From Mytilus edulis (taxonomy: Eukaryota), in the NCBI RefSeq assembly GCF_963676685.1, contig NC_092353.1:20398001-20462000 (forward strand): a stretch of DNA of 64,000 nt. Direction: 5' to 3'. Position 1 is the first letter of the stretch, and each line of letters begins with the position of its first letter. Below the pieces are notes generated by a model that ran no database searches, was not told the DNA's origin, and saw only the letters and a list, made by a program, of their open reading frames with translations. Both the position numbers and the translations under genes were made by a program. Shown one piece after another: positions 10,701 to 20,163 of the stretch.

Positions 10701-13700
10701 ATGAAGGCTGCTCATATAACAGGAAAATTGAACATTTTAGCAGACCAACTCAGTCGAACCAAAATTCAACATACAGAATGGTCTCTGAACAAACTTGTGG
10801 TTCAGAATCTATTTCAAATTTGGGGAACTCCTCTCATAGATTTATTTGCCTCAATAGACAATCGTCAGACAGAAATTTTTTGTTCATGGATCCCACATCA
10901 GAAAGCCTTAGCTCTGGATGCTTTGACAATTTCATGGGAGAGAATGTACGCCTATGCTTATCCCCCAATTTGTCTGATCCCAAAAGTCTTGCAATATATG
11001 AGGCAGTACCAGTGTCAGATTTTGTTGATAGCTCCCCAATGGCCACGGAGACATTGGTACCCAGAGCTGCTACAATTATTGATAGCAGTCCCCATCAGGA
11101 TACCAGTAATTCCGGAATTGTTATGTCAACCGAAAACTCGGATTTATCATCCCAATCCACAAGTTTTCAAGCTGACTGCATGGCTTCTATCAACGAACGG
11201 TTTACAACAGAAGGCTTTTCTAAAGGGGTTAGAGAGTTACTCTCCGCCTCATGGCGAAAAGGTACTCAAAAAGATTACTGCTCAAAATTCAGAAGGTTCA
11301 ATAGCTGGTGTAGTACAAGGAAAATTGATCCCTATAAAATATCTTTAAGTCAGATAGCTGATTTTTTATCATATTTATTTGATAGTGGTTTGCAATACAG
11401 AACAATTGCAGGGTATCGCTCAATGTTGTCCACGGTATTACCTCCAATAGATAATTTCCAAATTGGACAACATCCTAAAATAATTCGATTGATTAAAGGT
11501 GTTTTCAATACAAGACCTCCAGTTGCAAAACTATTACCTGAATGGGATTTGCACGTAGTATTAAGAATGTTAGAAAATAGTCCTTTTGACAATGTTGAAC
11601 AAATGACTTTAAAAGATTTGACTTTAAAAACTGTATTCTTAACTGCCATTACTACTTTCAGGAGATGTAGCGATCTGCAGGCACTAAGAACGGATGAAGG
11701 CTCCATGAGAATACAGACTAAAGGAATTACGTTTATAAGACATGGCCTAGCCAAACAGGATAGGGAGAAACATTTTGGAGCAAAAATTTTCGTACCTACA
11801 TACACTGAGAATACCTCTTTAGATCCACGGAAAAGTCTGTTACAATATTTAGATAAAACAAAACCGTTGCGTAAAAAATTACAACAGGACCAAAGAGGAA
11901 AATTATTTTTAGCTTTATGTGAACCTCACAAACCAGTTACCTCTCAGACAATTTCACATTGGATTGTTCAAATTATTAAACAGGCTTATTCTGATTTTGA
12001 ATATCCAGGGAAAGGGAAAATACATGCGCATTCTACAAGAGCTATTGGCCCAACTTGGGCATTCTTTAAAGGAGCATCTATCAATTCGATCTTAGAATCT
12101 GCAGATTGGAGTTCAGAATCTACCTTTAGTAGATTTTATTTGCGTGAATTAGATGTAAATGTGTTACAGAAAATAGACTAAGTTGATATTTTCGGCGAGT
12201 TGCACAGTATGTTTTTGTTATTCATTAAAATGTTAGTGGTGGAAGCATTTTAAATGGTGGAAGTATTTTATATGTTTTTAAATATGAACATGAACTACAT
12301 TTCAACTTATGATGAAGTTTGAAATGACAAAGAATCACAGAGAAGTTTTGCTGTTATTAGATGTGTACATGTGTTGTAGAAAGTCTCTTCAGGTGAGATA
12401 ATTTATTTATAACACTCCTCCTAAGGTTCAGACTGCTTTGAAATCAGTAGTAATCCTTATGTATATTCCTTGACTGGTAAGTAAAAATATATATGATATA
12501 AAATTGAGAATTTGTTATCAAGTTCTAATTTTATGAATTATTTTTACTTACCAGTCAAGGCTCCCACCACCTCCCCAGTTATAAATAATTTTCGGTAAAA
12601 GGGAATATTTTGTTCCCGCCGATAAACTGAGGAGGCATTCACCCGGATGATCAATGTTAGATAGATGTTTGAAATCATCCAGGTGTTGCGAGTTATGAGA
12701 ACGTTGTAAGGGAGATAATCCTTATGTATATTCCTTGACTGGTAAGTAAAAATAATTCATAAAATTAGAACTTGATAACAAATTCTCAATTTGGAGTCAA
12801 TAATGGGTTTGCTAGGCATATAGTTTATGTCAGTGCGTTCAGCCAAAGGATGAATATTCTAATGGTGATAAATTCTATGTGACTGCTTTGTAAGTGTTTT
12901 TAAAGGATAAAATTTAATATATTTCTATAGGCAGGTTTTGATTATGTTCAAAGATTCAAGGATCCACTTAACCCATTAAAAGTTGCATGAGAAGTCAGAA
13001 AAGAGTTAAATAGTATTTCTGGTAATTGAAATGGATCAAACATATTACCTGACATATATCTTGTTTCTTTGATAGCCATGCTCTCCTTTGTGATTTGACT
13101 GGTTGAGTTTTGTTTTTGTGTGGTAATGTTTCATTGAATTCTTTAAACAACTGTTCTACTTTTAAGTCATCCTTGCAATCCTTTATCTTCAACAGAATAG
13201 CTTCTGCTTTCTCTATCTATAATATTTGGCAAAAGAAAAATAGTGTATTACATAGTTTTATCAGATCAACATATGCATAATTGCAACGATGTCACAAGCA
13301 GGGTTTGAACTAAAATCACATTCTCATTTTCTGATAAACACAAATATTATTTTTTGTCTGGAGCGTTGCCATTTTTTTCAACCAAATTAAATTGCAAAAA
13401 AATATTATGCATCTTCACTTCAGGAAAAAAACAAGGACAACTGAAGACAAAATTATAAATAAATATAAACAAATACATTTATAAACTTCTAAATAACTGT
13501 GTTTTTCAACATATGGTTTTTAAATTCAAGCATTAATGCATTTAAAACATTTTGTTATTGTTTGAAATATATAGCCAAAATCGTTGGTGATCAATACTTA
13601 TTGCATAACACTGTATAAATCATTCCAGTTTGTAATCTAGATTATAAATAAGTTTGCATACCTGTTCTAACTTGATGCTCTGTAAAGGTACGCTTATCAC

Positions 13701-16700
13701 CTGCTCTATTTCACCTGTAGCCTCTTTCCAAATATGTTCAATCAACTCTTCGGTTGATGGTGACAAGGGACGACTGTCCATTCCATATATGTCTACCATC
13801 TGAAAAACAAATTTTACCTCACTTAAATTTGCTTTTAAGAATAAGCAAACTAAACAATAAACTCACCCAATTATGATCCAGTTTCAATTTCTGACATGTC
13901 AATTGAACAGTTTTACCTTTCCCAGAATGCATGTATACAGAAAAAAAATGTACCTCAATGGTCATTCTATTTGTTTTCTGATAGAAAATGTTTAATCTGG
14001 TTCTCAAAATTAAGGCTCATACTAGCTAGCGTACTTGACATGTTAAATCTTTAAGGTTAAAGTTAACCATAGGCTGTTACTTCTCATGATTTTATATACA
14101 GATTCTTTGAAACCAGTAAATTATCGGATTTATCCAATCCAGATAGTTAAAAGGTAAAATCACAAAAATACTGAACTTAGAGGAAAATCAATTTGGAAAG
14201 TCCATAATCACATGGCAAAATCAAATAACAAAACGCATCAAAAACGAATGGACAAGAACTGTCAATTTTAAAGTCTGAGCCTCGATAAATTGGATAATCC
14301 AAGAGGTAACTATGTAAGAATTTTTTGCTAAACTAAAATCCCCTTCAAGTGCCTGCAACATTCTAAGATGTTGTCAATTTCATTAACATCTGTTAGAATA
14401 TTTTGATTCATTCAGTAGGCTGATAAAGATTATGACCCTTTAATTCATACAAACATCTTCTGAGATCACCGGCAACCACACGTTGATTAAATGTTTTTGT
14501 ACAATGGGTTTTGGAAAGGTACAAATTTCCATAGAATTAGAGATATATTTATATGGAAACAATGAGGGTTGAGCACCAGCAAACTATAGCTTGACCCCAT
14601 CACATTCTGTAAGTGCTTGTCCCAAGTCAGGAGTATTTCATTCAGTGGTGGTTGTTTGTTGCTGTCATTTCAAGGACTCATATGGCTGACTTTGTGATAT
14701 GGGTCATTTGCTCATTCAAGAAGGTTGTACAGTGACTTATAGTTCTATGTCATTTTCTCTCATTAGCAATCATACCAAATCTTCAATTTTTATATTTTAT
14801 CAACTTTTTATACAACCTACCTTTTGAAAGTTTGTAGAACCAATTTTTCTTGACAAGGGTTGGTATATAACATCCATGTTGTATGGAGGTCGAGTTTGTT
14901 CAGTATGTAAATAGGTATACACATGTAGGGCATCATCTGATGTGGCAACATACCGACATTCTGTAACACCTCTCTGAAAAATAATATCAAATCATTATTA
15001 CAGACTGCTGTTTATATGGTTTTCTTCCACACTACACACTGGTGTTCATTTTATAATTAACTGTAAATGTTCAGATATTAGATCTCAATAATAAATACAG
15101 GTTAACAAAATATGTCATCAATGTTTGTATCAATCAGAGACATAAGAACAATGGCAATTTTATGAACAAAAATATTGCACAGCACAACTTATTAACCAAT
15201 CAATTATATTAATATGACAGATATTGTGGATACATTTATTTTCATGGGTATCAATGTTCGTGGCTTAAGGAAAACTTATATGTTCATCGATATTTAATTT
15301 CATGGTTTTTGCCAAATTGTGAACACATTTAGCCAATAGAAAATTTGTTATTGGTCAAACTTTTACTTTCATGGTTTACCTGTACCCCATAATCCACAAA
15401 AAATGGTATCCAACGAATAATAATGAATCCACAGTAGTTGTTCTTTAACTTATGAATCTTCTAAATATTTGGAAATCAAGAAATTACAATCTGATAATCT
15501 TATCTACCTCAATATCAGTCAGTGAACCAAAATGTGAATAGACCCTGAATCTATAACAGTCTGATCTGTTCAAATCCACCGGCTCAGCTACATGTATCTC
15601 CAAATTATAAAACAGCGTGGTCTCTTTTAACTTGTCATATTTCTGAAATATATATAACTACAATAACAGTAACATGTTAGCTATCATTTAAAAAAGTTTT
15701 ACTGATAAGAAATACTGTAAACCAACTTATTTTTGAGAGCGATTTATTTTTGCGCTTTCACAAATAAAAAATAACGCTGATATAAATAGTGGTAAATATG
15801 TAAAACTTTTATCTCTCCTTATTTAAATACGTAAATCAAATTTGAAATCGTGAAACTAAATCACCATGAAAAGGGCTAGTAAGGGCTAAAACACAAAATA
15901 AAGTATCTGCGAAAATAAGTTGGTTTACATTATTGTATGTTTAGTAACAAACTTACACAGTGCATGTATAGCAGCATGAATAACTGGTATTTTTAAATAA
16001 AATAGACTTCTCTAAAAATTGGTTCGGTGCAAAATCTTTTGAAACAGACACAAATGAACAATTAAAAAAATTTAAAATGTATTAACCAAAAAAAAATGAT
16101 ATATAGTTTATAATAATTGGTTTTTAACTATTTATTTTCCTCACTACAAGGGTATATATATACTTTTTATTTGTGCATGATGTCACATTTTCCTTAAGTA
16201 TTTCATATAGATGGGAATCAATTTTTTAACACACTCAATGTGAAATTAACTTCAGGTAATCACTAATAAATGTAGACAACAGAAAACACATTTTTTTCCA
16301 CTGCAAATTACTAACTTAAGAACTCTGTAATTAAAATACTATCTGACTGCAGGCTCAGCACAGACAAAGAGATAAGAACCAAATTATCATTTAAAATCGC
16401 TTTCATCTAAAAAAAAAAAAAATCTAATACAAAATTGTTAATTTCTATAATTCTAAAAAATAAGAGCATTATTCCTTACCTGAAATATGGCATACTTAGC
16501 CACCTCATAGTCTTTTTCATTGTACTCTGGGGCATTTTTATCTTCTATCTTCCAAACTTTAACATTTTTAGGGTCAATTTTAAATTTCTTCTTCTTGGGT
16601 TCTTTGCTCTGATATTTTGAGGCTGCAAATCAAAACAAATCATTCCTCTTTTATATATTCATCATGTCTAAATATTTTAATATTTAACAATTCATTACAT

Positions 16701-19700
16701 TTCTGCTAATTTTTACCTCATCTGTAAGCCAGGTAAATGTTGTGTTGTAAAGACAAATACATATTGATATAAATGGAGAATGTGTCCATTATGAGGACCC
16801 AGATAATGCCCTTGCTTGTGTAACAATACACTTACGCTTCTACAATAAATGGACATAACATAATTTTAAAAGCGTAATGTAAAATATTTTTCACTAAAGT
16901 ACGTTCAGACCTACTGAACAATTTTTGAAGTCTGAAAAAACTAATGTCATACATATTGTATTCAGAGATTTGTACTTTGGAAATCTTTAGAATATTGAAA
17001 AATTATTTCTAATTTTGATTTCAAGTTTTAAAACTTCAATCAAACAGTAGGCCAAACATGAGATATTGGTAGATACCCCTTTTCCATTTATGAAATAAGT
17101 TTGTTTATTTTTCCTTTTCCTTTTACCTGTTATCTTTCCTGAGCTGAATTCTTGTGACTTTGTTTTTCCTACAAGGATGTAATTATCTGTATTGAGTAGT
17201 CTCCCCTGGTCTACACAGTCATGGATATAATCAAGTGACACTACTGGTAATCCATACTTTGAGGCCATCTTACATTTGTAACTGATATCTGCCTTTTCTG
17301 GGTCATTACATACAACATGTGTACTCTGTAAATAAACCAGAAACATATAATAAACAAGACAACAAATATGATAATGATCGATCTTTAGGGAAGACATGTA
17401 GACATTAGGGAGGTTTTGAAATTTGTGTCAAATGTTAATAGCTCATAAAAAGGTCATTACATACAACATGTGTACTCTGTAAATATATTCGTTAATAGTC
17501 AAGTGAAATTATTAGTTAAATTTGGGGATACATATAGATACATGATATATATAGTCCTGTATACAGTGAATTCAAAAATTCTTGTGAGGTTCACATTCAT
17601 CTGAATAATGTGACTGGGAGTGGGTTTGTATCACATTAATTGAAACTTTCATTCTGATATCAAGTTAACAACTCTGTATGAATATTTTCCTGGAATCACA
17701 ATAATTAAACTTGCCTTTAAGTCCATTCTTAACCAGATGCTCTGCAGGGTGCAGCTTTATACGGCCGCAGAGTTCGAACCCTGAACAGTTGACACAGAAT
17801 AAATGTGGTCTAAGAACTTAAACTTAAAAACTTATAAATTTTTTAAATTGGACATTTACCTATTATGGTCCAATATCCAAAATCTAAATACATGGTTAGA
17901 TTCAGCATATCAAAGAACCCCAAGAATTCAATTTTTGATGAAATCAAATATAGTTCAATTTTGGACCCTTTAGACCTCAATGTGGACCAATTTGATAACC
18001 GGGCCCAAATATCATAATTCTAAATGCATGGTTAGATTCAGCATATATCAAAGAACCCCATATATTCAATTTTTGTTGAAATCAAACAAAGTTTAATTTT
18101 GGACCCCGATTTGAACCAACTTGAAAACTGGGCCTATAATCAAAAATCTAAATACATGTTTAGATTCAGCATATCAAAGAACCCCAAAGTTTCAATTTTT
18201 GTTGATATCAAACAAAGTTTAATTTTGGGACCACGATTTGGACCAACTTGAAAACTGGGCCCATAATCAAAAATCTAAGTACATGTTTAAATTCAGCATA
18301 TCAAAGAACCCCAAGAATTCAATTTTTGTTAAAATCAAACTAAGTTTAATTTTGGACCCTTGGACCTTATTGTAGACCAATTTGAAAACGGGACCAAAAA
18401 TTAAGAATCTACATACACAGTTAGATTCGGCATATCAAAGAACCCCAATTATTCAATTTTTGATGAAATCAAACTAAGTTTAATTTTGGACCCTTTGGGC
18501 CCCTAATTTTTAAACTGTGGGGACTAAAACTCCCAAAATCAATCTCAACCTTCCTTTTATGGTGTTTAAATTTCATAGATTTCTATTTACTCATACTAAA
18601 GTTATGGTGCCAAAACCAAGAAAAATGCTTATTTGGGCCCCTTTTTGGCCCCTAATTCCTAAACTGTTGAGACCAAAACTCCCAAATCAATTCCAACCTT
18701 CCTTTTGTGTTCATAAACCTTGTGTTTAAATTTCATAGATTTCTATTTACTTTTACTAAAGTTATTGTGCGAAAACCAAGAAAAATGCTTATTTGGGCCC
18801 TTTTTTGGCCCCTAATTCCTAAACTGTTGGGACCAAAACACCCAAAATCAATCCCAACCTTCCTTTAGTGGTCACAAACCTTGCGTTTAATTTTCATAGA
18901 TTACTATTTACAAAAACTAAAGTTATAGTGCGAAAACCAATGTGCCAACGTCATACCAATATACGACCGCAAACATTTTTTGCGGTCGTATAAAAAGTCA
19001 CAATAATAATATAAATGCACACAATAATTTCTTAATTCACAGTTTTAAATCCAAGAAATGAAATTTGGGCAACTAATAAAAATGCTCTTTGAACAGTAGG
19101 TATATATATATATATATATATAGTGTCTGGCAAAGATCGTGTTCTTTTCAAGTGAATTCGTCCACTTTTTTTCGGATGCAGATCTTGTGGGGTTTTTTTT
19201 TCGTGATAAAACAAGTGCTATTTCCTAATTATAACAGTCTTATTTGTGACTGTCCATCTTATTTTGAATACTATACATGTTTAGAGCAAAAAAGTCACAA
19301 AATATTATTGTACAGTGAAACCTGTTTTTAGAGACCAGTAAAGTTAAGGGAGAACAAAAAAGTGGTCTCTCATGAAGACATGTAGTCTTTTATTACAGGT
19401 TCAAACTATATGAAATGTACTACAGCTAGAGGGATCTAAATTTATGGTCGTATGATACAGGGTTTTGCTTAATACAGATGGTCTCTTAAGCAGGTTTGAC
19501 TGTATTTAACTTAAAATTTTGTGATTTGCATTGTCCATGTTTTTTCGAGAGCAACATTTAAACATCCAGGTTTTGTAACAAATGGTCTGAGTTTGAAACA
19601 ACATATCTGAATTTGAAAAATTATGTCAAAGCGTTGCATGTTAATGAATGGACATTGTTTGGCAGCCTACTCACCGCCATATATCACCAAATCAATAACT

Positions 19701-20163
19701 GACTTTTTTTCCTTAAAAAATCTAGTTTAAAATCAACCACCTTCAAAATGATGACTAAGGGAAATAACTCCAGCTCAGTTTATGCCATTTATTGAAACCC
19801 TAATATCTATATGGTTTCTCATACTTCAATTTTTTTTTTTTTATTTCTTGATAACATTTAAATTCAACTGTCCAGATGAATGAAAACTAATAAAAAAAAG
19901 GTAAAATTGTTGTTATATTGGTCATTTGAATTCTGTTGGATTATAGTTTTCGCATTGTAATCATACCCCACATCTTCTTAGTATAAAATTCTAAAATCTG
20001 GAAATTGGTAAATGGCGAGTTCTATGATGTTTACCTTTTTAGTGACAATATATGATATAACTCCTCCATTATTAGTTATCTTTTTCCTGATTTCTGTCTT
20101 TTTCTTAAAGTTGACACTGGTTGTCAAATCAAGGACAATTTGACAATCACTAAATATCGACAT
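4606..20163 (-). CDS. PARP4: Protein mono-ADP-ribosyltransferase PARP4 (vault PARP), N-terminal 550 codons in 11 exons; 3' exons lie beyond the left edge
   Basis: Exons 20163-20035, 17325-17127, 16622-16480, 15642-15508, 14973-14821, 13799-13662, 13216-13049, 7039-6879, 5965-5825, 5236-5138 and 4789-4606. All are GT-AG, phases are consistent, total 1650 nt. N-terminal BRCT. Catalytic motifs LLFHAS, RGLLLPK..RTDAGMLGNGVYFA, STSIQYS, VALG and PPEGYDSCHGV are typical of PARP4. Confidence 0.93.
5138..5236 (-). CDS. PARP4: PARP4 coding exon 10 (D-loop, catalytic Tyr)
   Basis: GLLLPKIIVDDFGGTRTDAGMLGNGVYFASSA. Confidence 0.93.
5825..5965 (-). CDS. PARP4: PARP4 coding exon 9 (catalytic His)
   Basis: ISNVFCVHRQVEEDNF...LLFHASKVQNFVGILSR; phase 2 to 2. 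Confidence 0.92.
6879..7039 (-). CDS. PARP4: PARP4 coding exon 8
   Basis: MIKDMVAVSE...AKYKALRCRL...EYKLIKEHI; ends in phase 2. Confidence 0.88.
7374..7507 (+). repeat. DIRS left inverted terminal repeat
   Basis: Exact reverse complement of 12621-12754. Confidence 0.97.
7619..9280 (+). CDS. DIRS Gag-like protein (553 aa)
   Basis: First ORF after the left ITR. Helical core with FLQVPSLDD and a basic C-terminus, as in DIRS1 Gag. Confidence 0.88.
   Translation: MAEEYRHSLTDANADSDSAGETPTGDFLVKKMARTTKDASSKKKKRVSKTAELENKLNSMEDRFDKKMDMLFAVMNKSCATIGSSTVAQVSQSGGLATQREQSSDNVPSTGERRPVISLNANLDEDLGSPRIIRNIDFDNRSEISLHIDSREKADLLGLCSSEDEYSRGLSSPVYSQAGNKSRNVERFSQYLQTQPTISNNVESQSNQRLTSNIDNNNNKTVDKQSDNLNLLSKLFKEDIPSESSDNSGGLIIDEAQVRILERSWRTKNPEKLTAYKDEYRSCFPVNDKSKSFLQVPSLDDLLEPMIRTVHGTNSVKSWDKHKQLVTQPLKQIENLAYQGQVASRMGIISVLYMQQTLGTLLERVENENVSDETCQMVKDLFAISTKSLDQVGRTGAFNHMIRRKAAATESGLNNLKDIQAKVLYLPLSNEGVFGKGLEDKLEKRKEQREQLDDLLPEYKNNNKRKFESTQVRQDWQNKAPRYSSNNSSTHVNYNNANSADKRSGFSYNKSSVRSAPRKFQKDNKADDFGKKDKEKKAGGNWNSFRIPKKNSS
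9198..11348 (+). CDS. DIRS reverse transcriptase - RNase H - DNA N6-adenine methyltransferase-like polyprotein
   Basis: PVGGRL start. RT: FLVPKK..RPVINL, LDLSDAY, FGPTSAPRVF, YLDD. RNase H: TTDAS, HINSLE, SDN, ADQLSR. MT: IDLFAS, YAYPP, IAPQWP..HWY. Confidence 0.96.
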   Translation: MTLGKKIKKRKQVATGILFGSQRKTVADSELKVIIYQNQAEIPVGGRLRFFRDNWEKITDDQWVLSVIAEGYKLEFLEMPFGTGIRKTSVSLKDSDILIQEINTLIEKDAIEPVRQQDAATGFYSTFFLVPKKNGTMRPVINLRPLNRYLKKIHFKMDTLTKVLNLVKIGDWAISLDLSDAYLHIPIFQKHPKFLRFSVQNRCYQWKVLCFGPTSAPRVFTKMVSVVAAFLRTQNVRLVVYLDDWLVVNQSKNQLYQDRKKCLDLLNSLGFLINREKSSLVPTQNLIYLGGQFHLDKGLVCPTQERIDKLNMAILILSSGNAVSAFHFLQLLGIMASCIELIPNARLFMRPVQLHLLSFWRPSCQDLSIKIPVTPHLKSHLSWWKDSANTLRGQYFQLAQTSVTITTDASKTGYGGFMNNQIFQGEWSEMQSKKHINSLELEAVFLTLKHFLNQLKGQYVLIRSDNTTVVQYINKQGGTKSPTLCYQTWDLWNLAIQNNIRMKAAHITGKLNILADQLSRTKIQHTEWSLNKLVVQNLFQIWGTPLIDLFASIDNRQTEIFCSWIPHQKALALDALTISWERMYAYAYPPICLIPKVLQYMRQYQCQILLIAPQWPRRHWYPELLQLLIAVPIRIPVIPELLCQPKTRIYHPNPQVFKLTAWLLSTNGLQQKAFLKGLESYSPPHGEKVLKKITAQNSEGSIAGVVQGKLIPIKYL
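9359..12181 (+). CDS. DIRS tyrosine recombinase ORF; recombinase proper from ~11180, long N-terminal extension overlaps RT
   Basis: SAM-like N-domain (SWRKGTQKDY..YRSMLS) and catalytic RRCSDL, HSTR, ADW..TFSRFY. The frame is open from 9281; the listed start at 9359 is TTG, not ATG. Confidence 0.94.
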   Translation: MGKNNRRSMGLVSNSRGLQTRVSRNAIWDRHTENLCVFKRLGYFNPRNKYSYRKRCYRTCSPARCSNRFLQYVFSSPQKERDNETSNKSQTPQQVSQENTFQNGHSHKSIKLSKNRRLGHFSGSKRCLFTHPNFSEASQVSQIFGSEPVLSVESSLFRTNFGSESLYKNGFRSSGFFENSKCKTSSISRRLASSQSKQESIISRSKEMSRSPKFTRFSHQQRKIKSSANSKLDILRGAVSFGQGTCLPNSGKNRQIEYGNTNSFIRECSVSISLPTITRHNGILHRVNSECTLVHETGSTTSPLILETKLSGSFHKDPSYTTSEITSQLVERFSKHAERPIFSTGSNLCNHNDRCFENRVWGFYEQSNFSRGMVRNAEQETYKFPRIGSSVFNAETLPKSVERSICSDKIGQYHSGPIYKQTRGDEIAHSLLPNMGFMESCNSKQYSNEGCSYNRKIEHFSRPTQSNQNSTYRMVSEQTCGSESISNLGNSSHRFICLNRQSSDRNFLFMDPTSESLSSGCFDNFMGENVRLCLSPNLSDPKSLAIYEAVPVSDFVDSSPMATETLVPRAATIIDSSPHQDTSNSGIVMSTENSDLSSQSTSFQADCMASINERFTTEGFSKGVRELLSASWRKGTQKDYCSKFRRFNSWCSTRKIDPYKISLSQIADFLSYLFDSGLQYRTIAGYRSMLSTVLPPIDNFQIGQHPKIIRLIKGVFNTRPPVAKLLPEWDLHVVLRMLENSPFDNVEQMTLKDLTLKTVFLTAITTFRRCSDLQALRTDEGSMRIQTKGITFIRHGLAKQDREKHFGAKIFVPTYTENTSLDPRKSLLQYLDKTKPLRKKLQQDQRGKLFLALCEPHKPVTSQTISHWIVQIIKQAYSDFEYPGKGKIHAHSTRAIGPTWAFFKGASINSILESADWSSESTFSRFYLRELDVNVLQKID
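12451..12560 (+). repeat. DIRS internal complementary region (ICR)
   Basis: 12451-12505 is complementary to the left end 7358-7412. 12501-12560 is complementary to the right end 12733-12792. The two halves overlap at AAATT. Confidence 0.96.
12621..12792 (+). repeat. DIRS right ITR plus right extension
   Basis: ITR 12621-12754, then a 38-nt extension matched only by the ICR. Confidence 0.96.
13049..13216 (-). CDS. PARP4: PARP4 coding exon 7 (regulatory helical domain)
   Basis: IEKAEAILLKIK...EFNETLPH...LSKKQDICQ; 168 nt, GT-AG. Confidence 0.88.
13662..13799 (-). CDS. PARP4: PARP4 coding exon 6
   Basis: MVDIYG...LIEHIWKEATGEI...SIKLEQ; 138 nt, GT-AG. Confidence 0.87.
14821..14973 (-). CDS. 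PARP4: PARP4 coding exon 5
   Basis: RGVTECRYVATSDDALHVY...RKIGSTNFQK; 153 nt, GT-AG. Confidence 0.85.
15224..15434. mobile_element. MITE, TA-flanked (Tc1/mariner-type)
   Basis: ta|TTGTGGATACATTTATT...AATAATGAATCCACAG|ta imperfect TIRs. Confidence 0.65.
15508..15642 (-). CDS. PARP4: PARP4 coding exon 4 (WGR-like region)
   Basis: KYDKLKETTLFYNLEIHV...YRFRVYSHFGSLTDIE; 135 nt, GT-AG. Confidence 0.85.
15715..15930. mobile_element. MITE, TA-flanked (Tc1/mariner-type)
   Basis: ta|CTGTAAACCAACTTATTTT...AAAATAAGTTGGTTTACAT|ta. Confidence 0.75.
16480..16622 (-). CDS. PARP4: PARP4 coding exon 3
   Basis: SKYQSKEPKKKKF...DYEVAKYAIFQ; ttgcag / CAG|gtaagg; phase 1 to 0. Confidence 0.88.
17127..17325 (-). 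CDS. PARP4: PARP4 coding exon 2 (BRCT)
   Basis: STHVVCND...ASKYGLPVVSLDYIHDCVDQGRLL; tttacag acceptor, G|gtaaaa donor, phase 1. Confidence 0.9.
17731..18993. mobile_element. Helentron/HINE(DINE)-like non-autonomous element with internal tandem repeats
   Basis: 5' subterminal motif TATACGGCCGCA (17758-17769) is inverted relative to the 3' stem-loop TATACGACCGCAAA..TTTGCGGTCGTATA (18960-18992). Five ~130-bp and about three ~155-bp internal repeats. Confidence 0.7.
19313..19502. mobile_element. MITE, TA TSD (Tc1/pogo-type)
   Basis: ta|CAGTGAAACCTGTTTTTAGAGACCA...TGGTCTCTTAAGCAGGTTTGACTG|ta. Confidence 0.8.
20035..20163 (-). CDS. PARP4: PARP4 coding exon 1 (BRCT start)
   Basis: MSIFSDCQIVLDL...NNGGVISYIVTKK. 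An acceptor AG precedes 20170, so a 5'UTR exon exists upstream. Donor AAG|gtaaac. Confidence 0.9.

Larger units (their letters stand above)
7358..12792 (+). mobile_element. Full-length DIRS1-like tyrosine-recombinase retrotransposon, antisense in the PARP4 intron between exons 7 and 8
   Basis: ITRs 7374-7507 and 12621-12754 are identical by eye. ICR at 12451-12560. AATTT at both ends (7358-7362, 12788-12792). gag, RT/RH/MT and YR ORFs are intact. Confidence 0.97.

Noticed and set aside
7576-11805. Minus-strand ORFs within the DIRS element as extra genes
   Set aside because: Short, with no recognisable motifs; expected opposite long or dual-coded ORFs.
11180-12181. Phage integrase or bacterial contamination
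   Set aside because: The YR is embedded in a canonical DIRS structure inside a spliceosomal intron.
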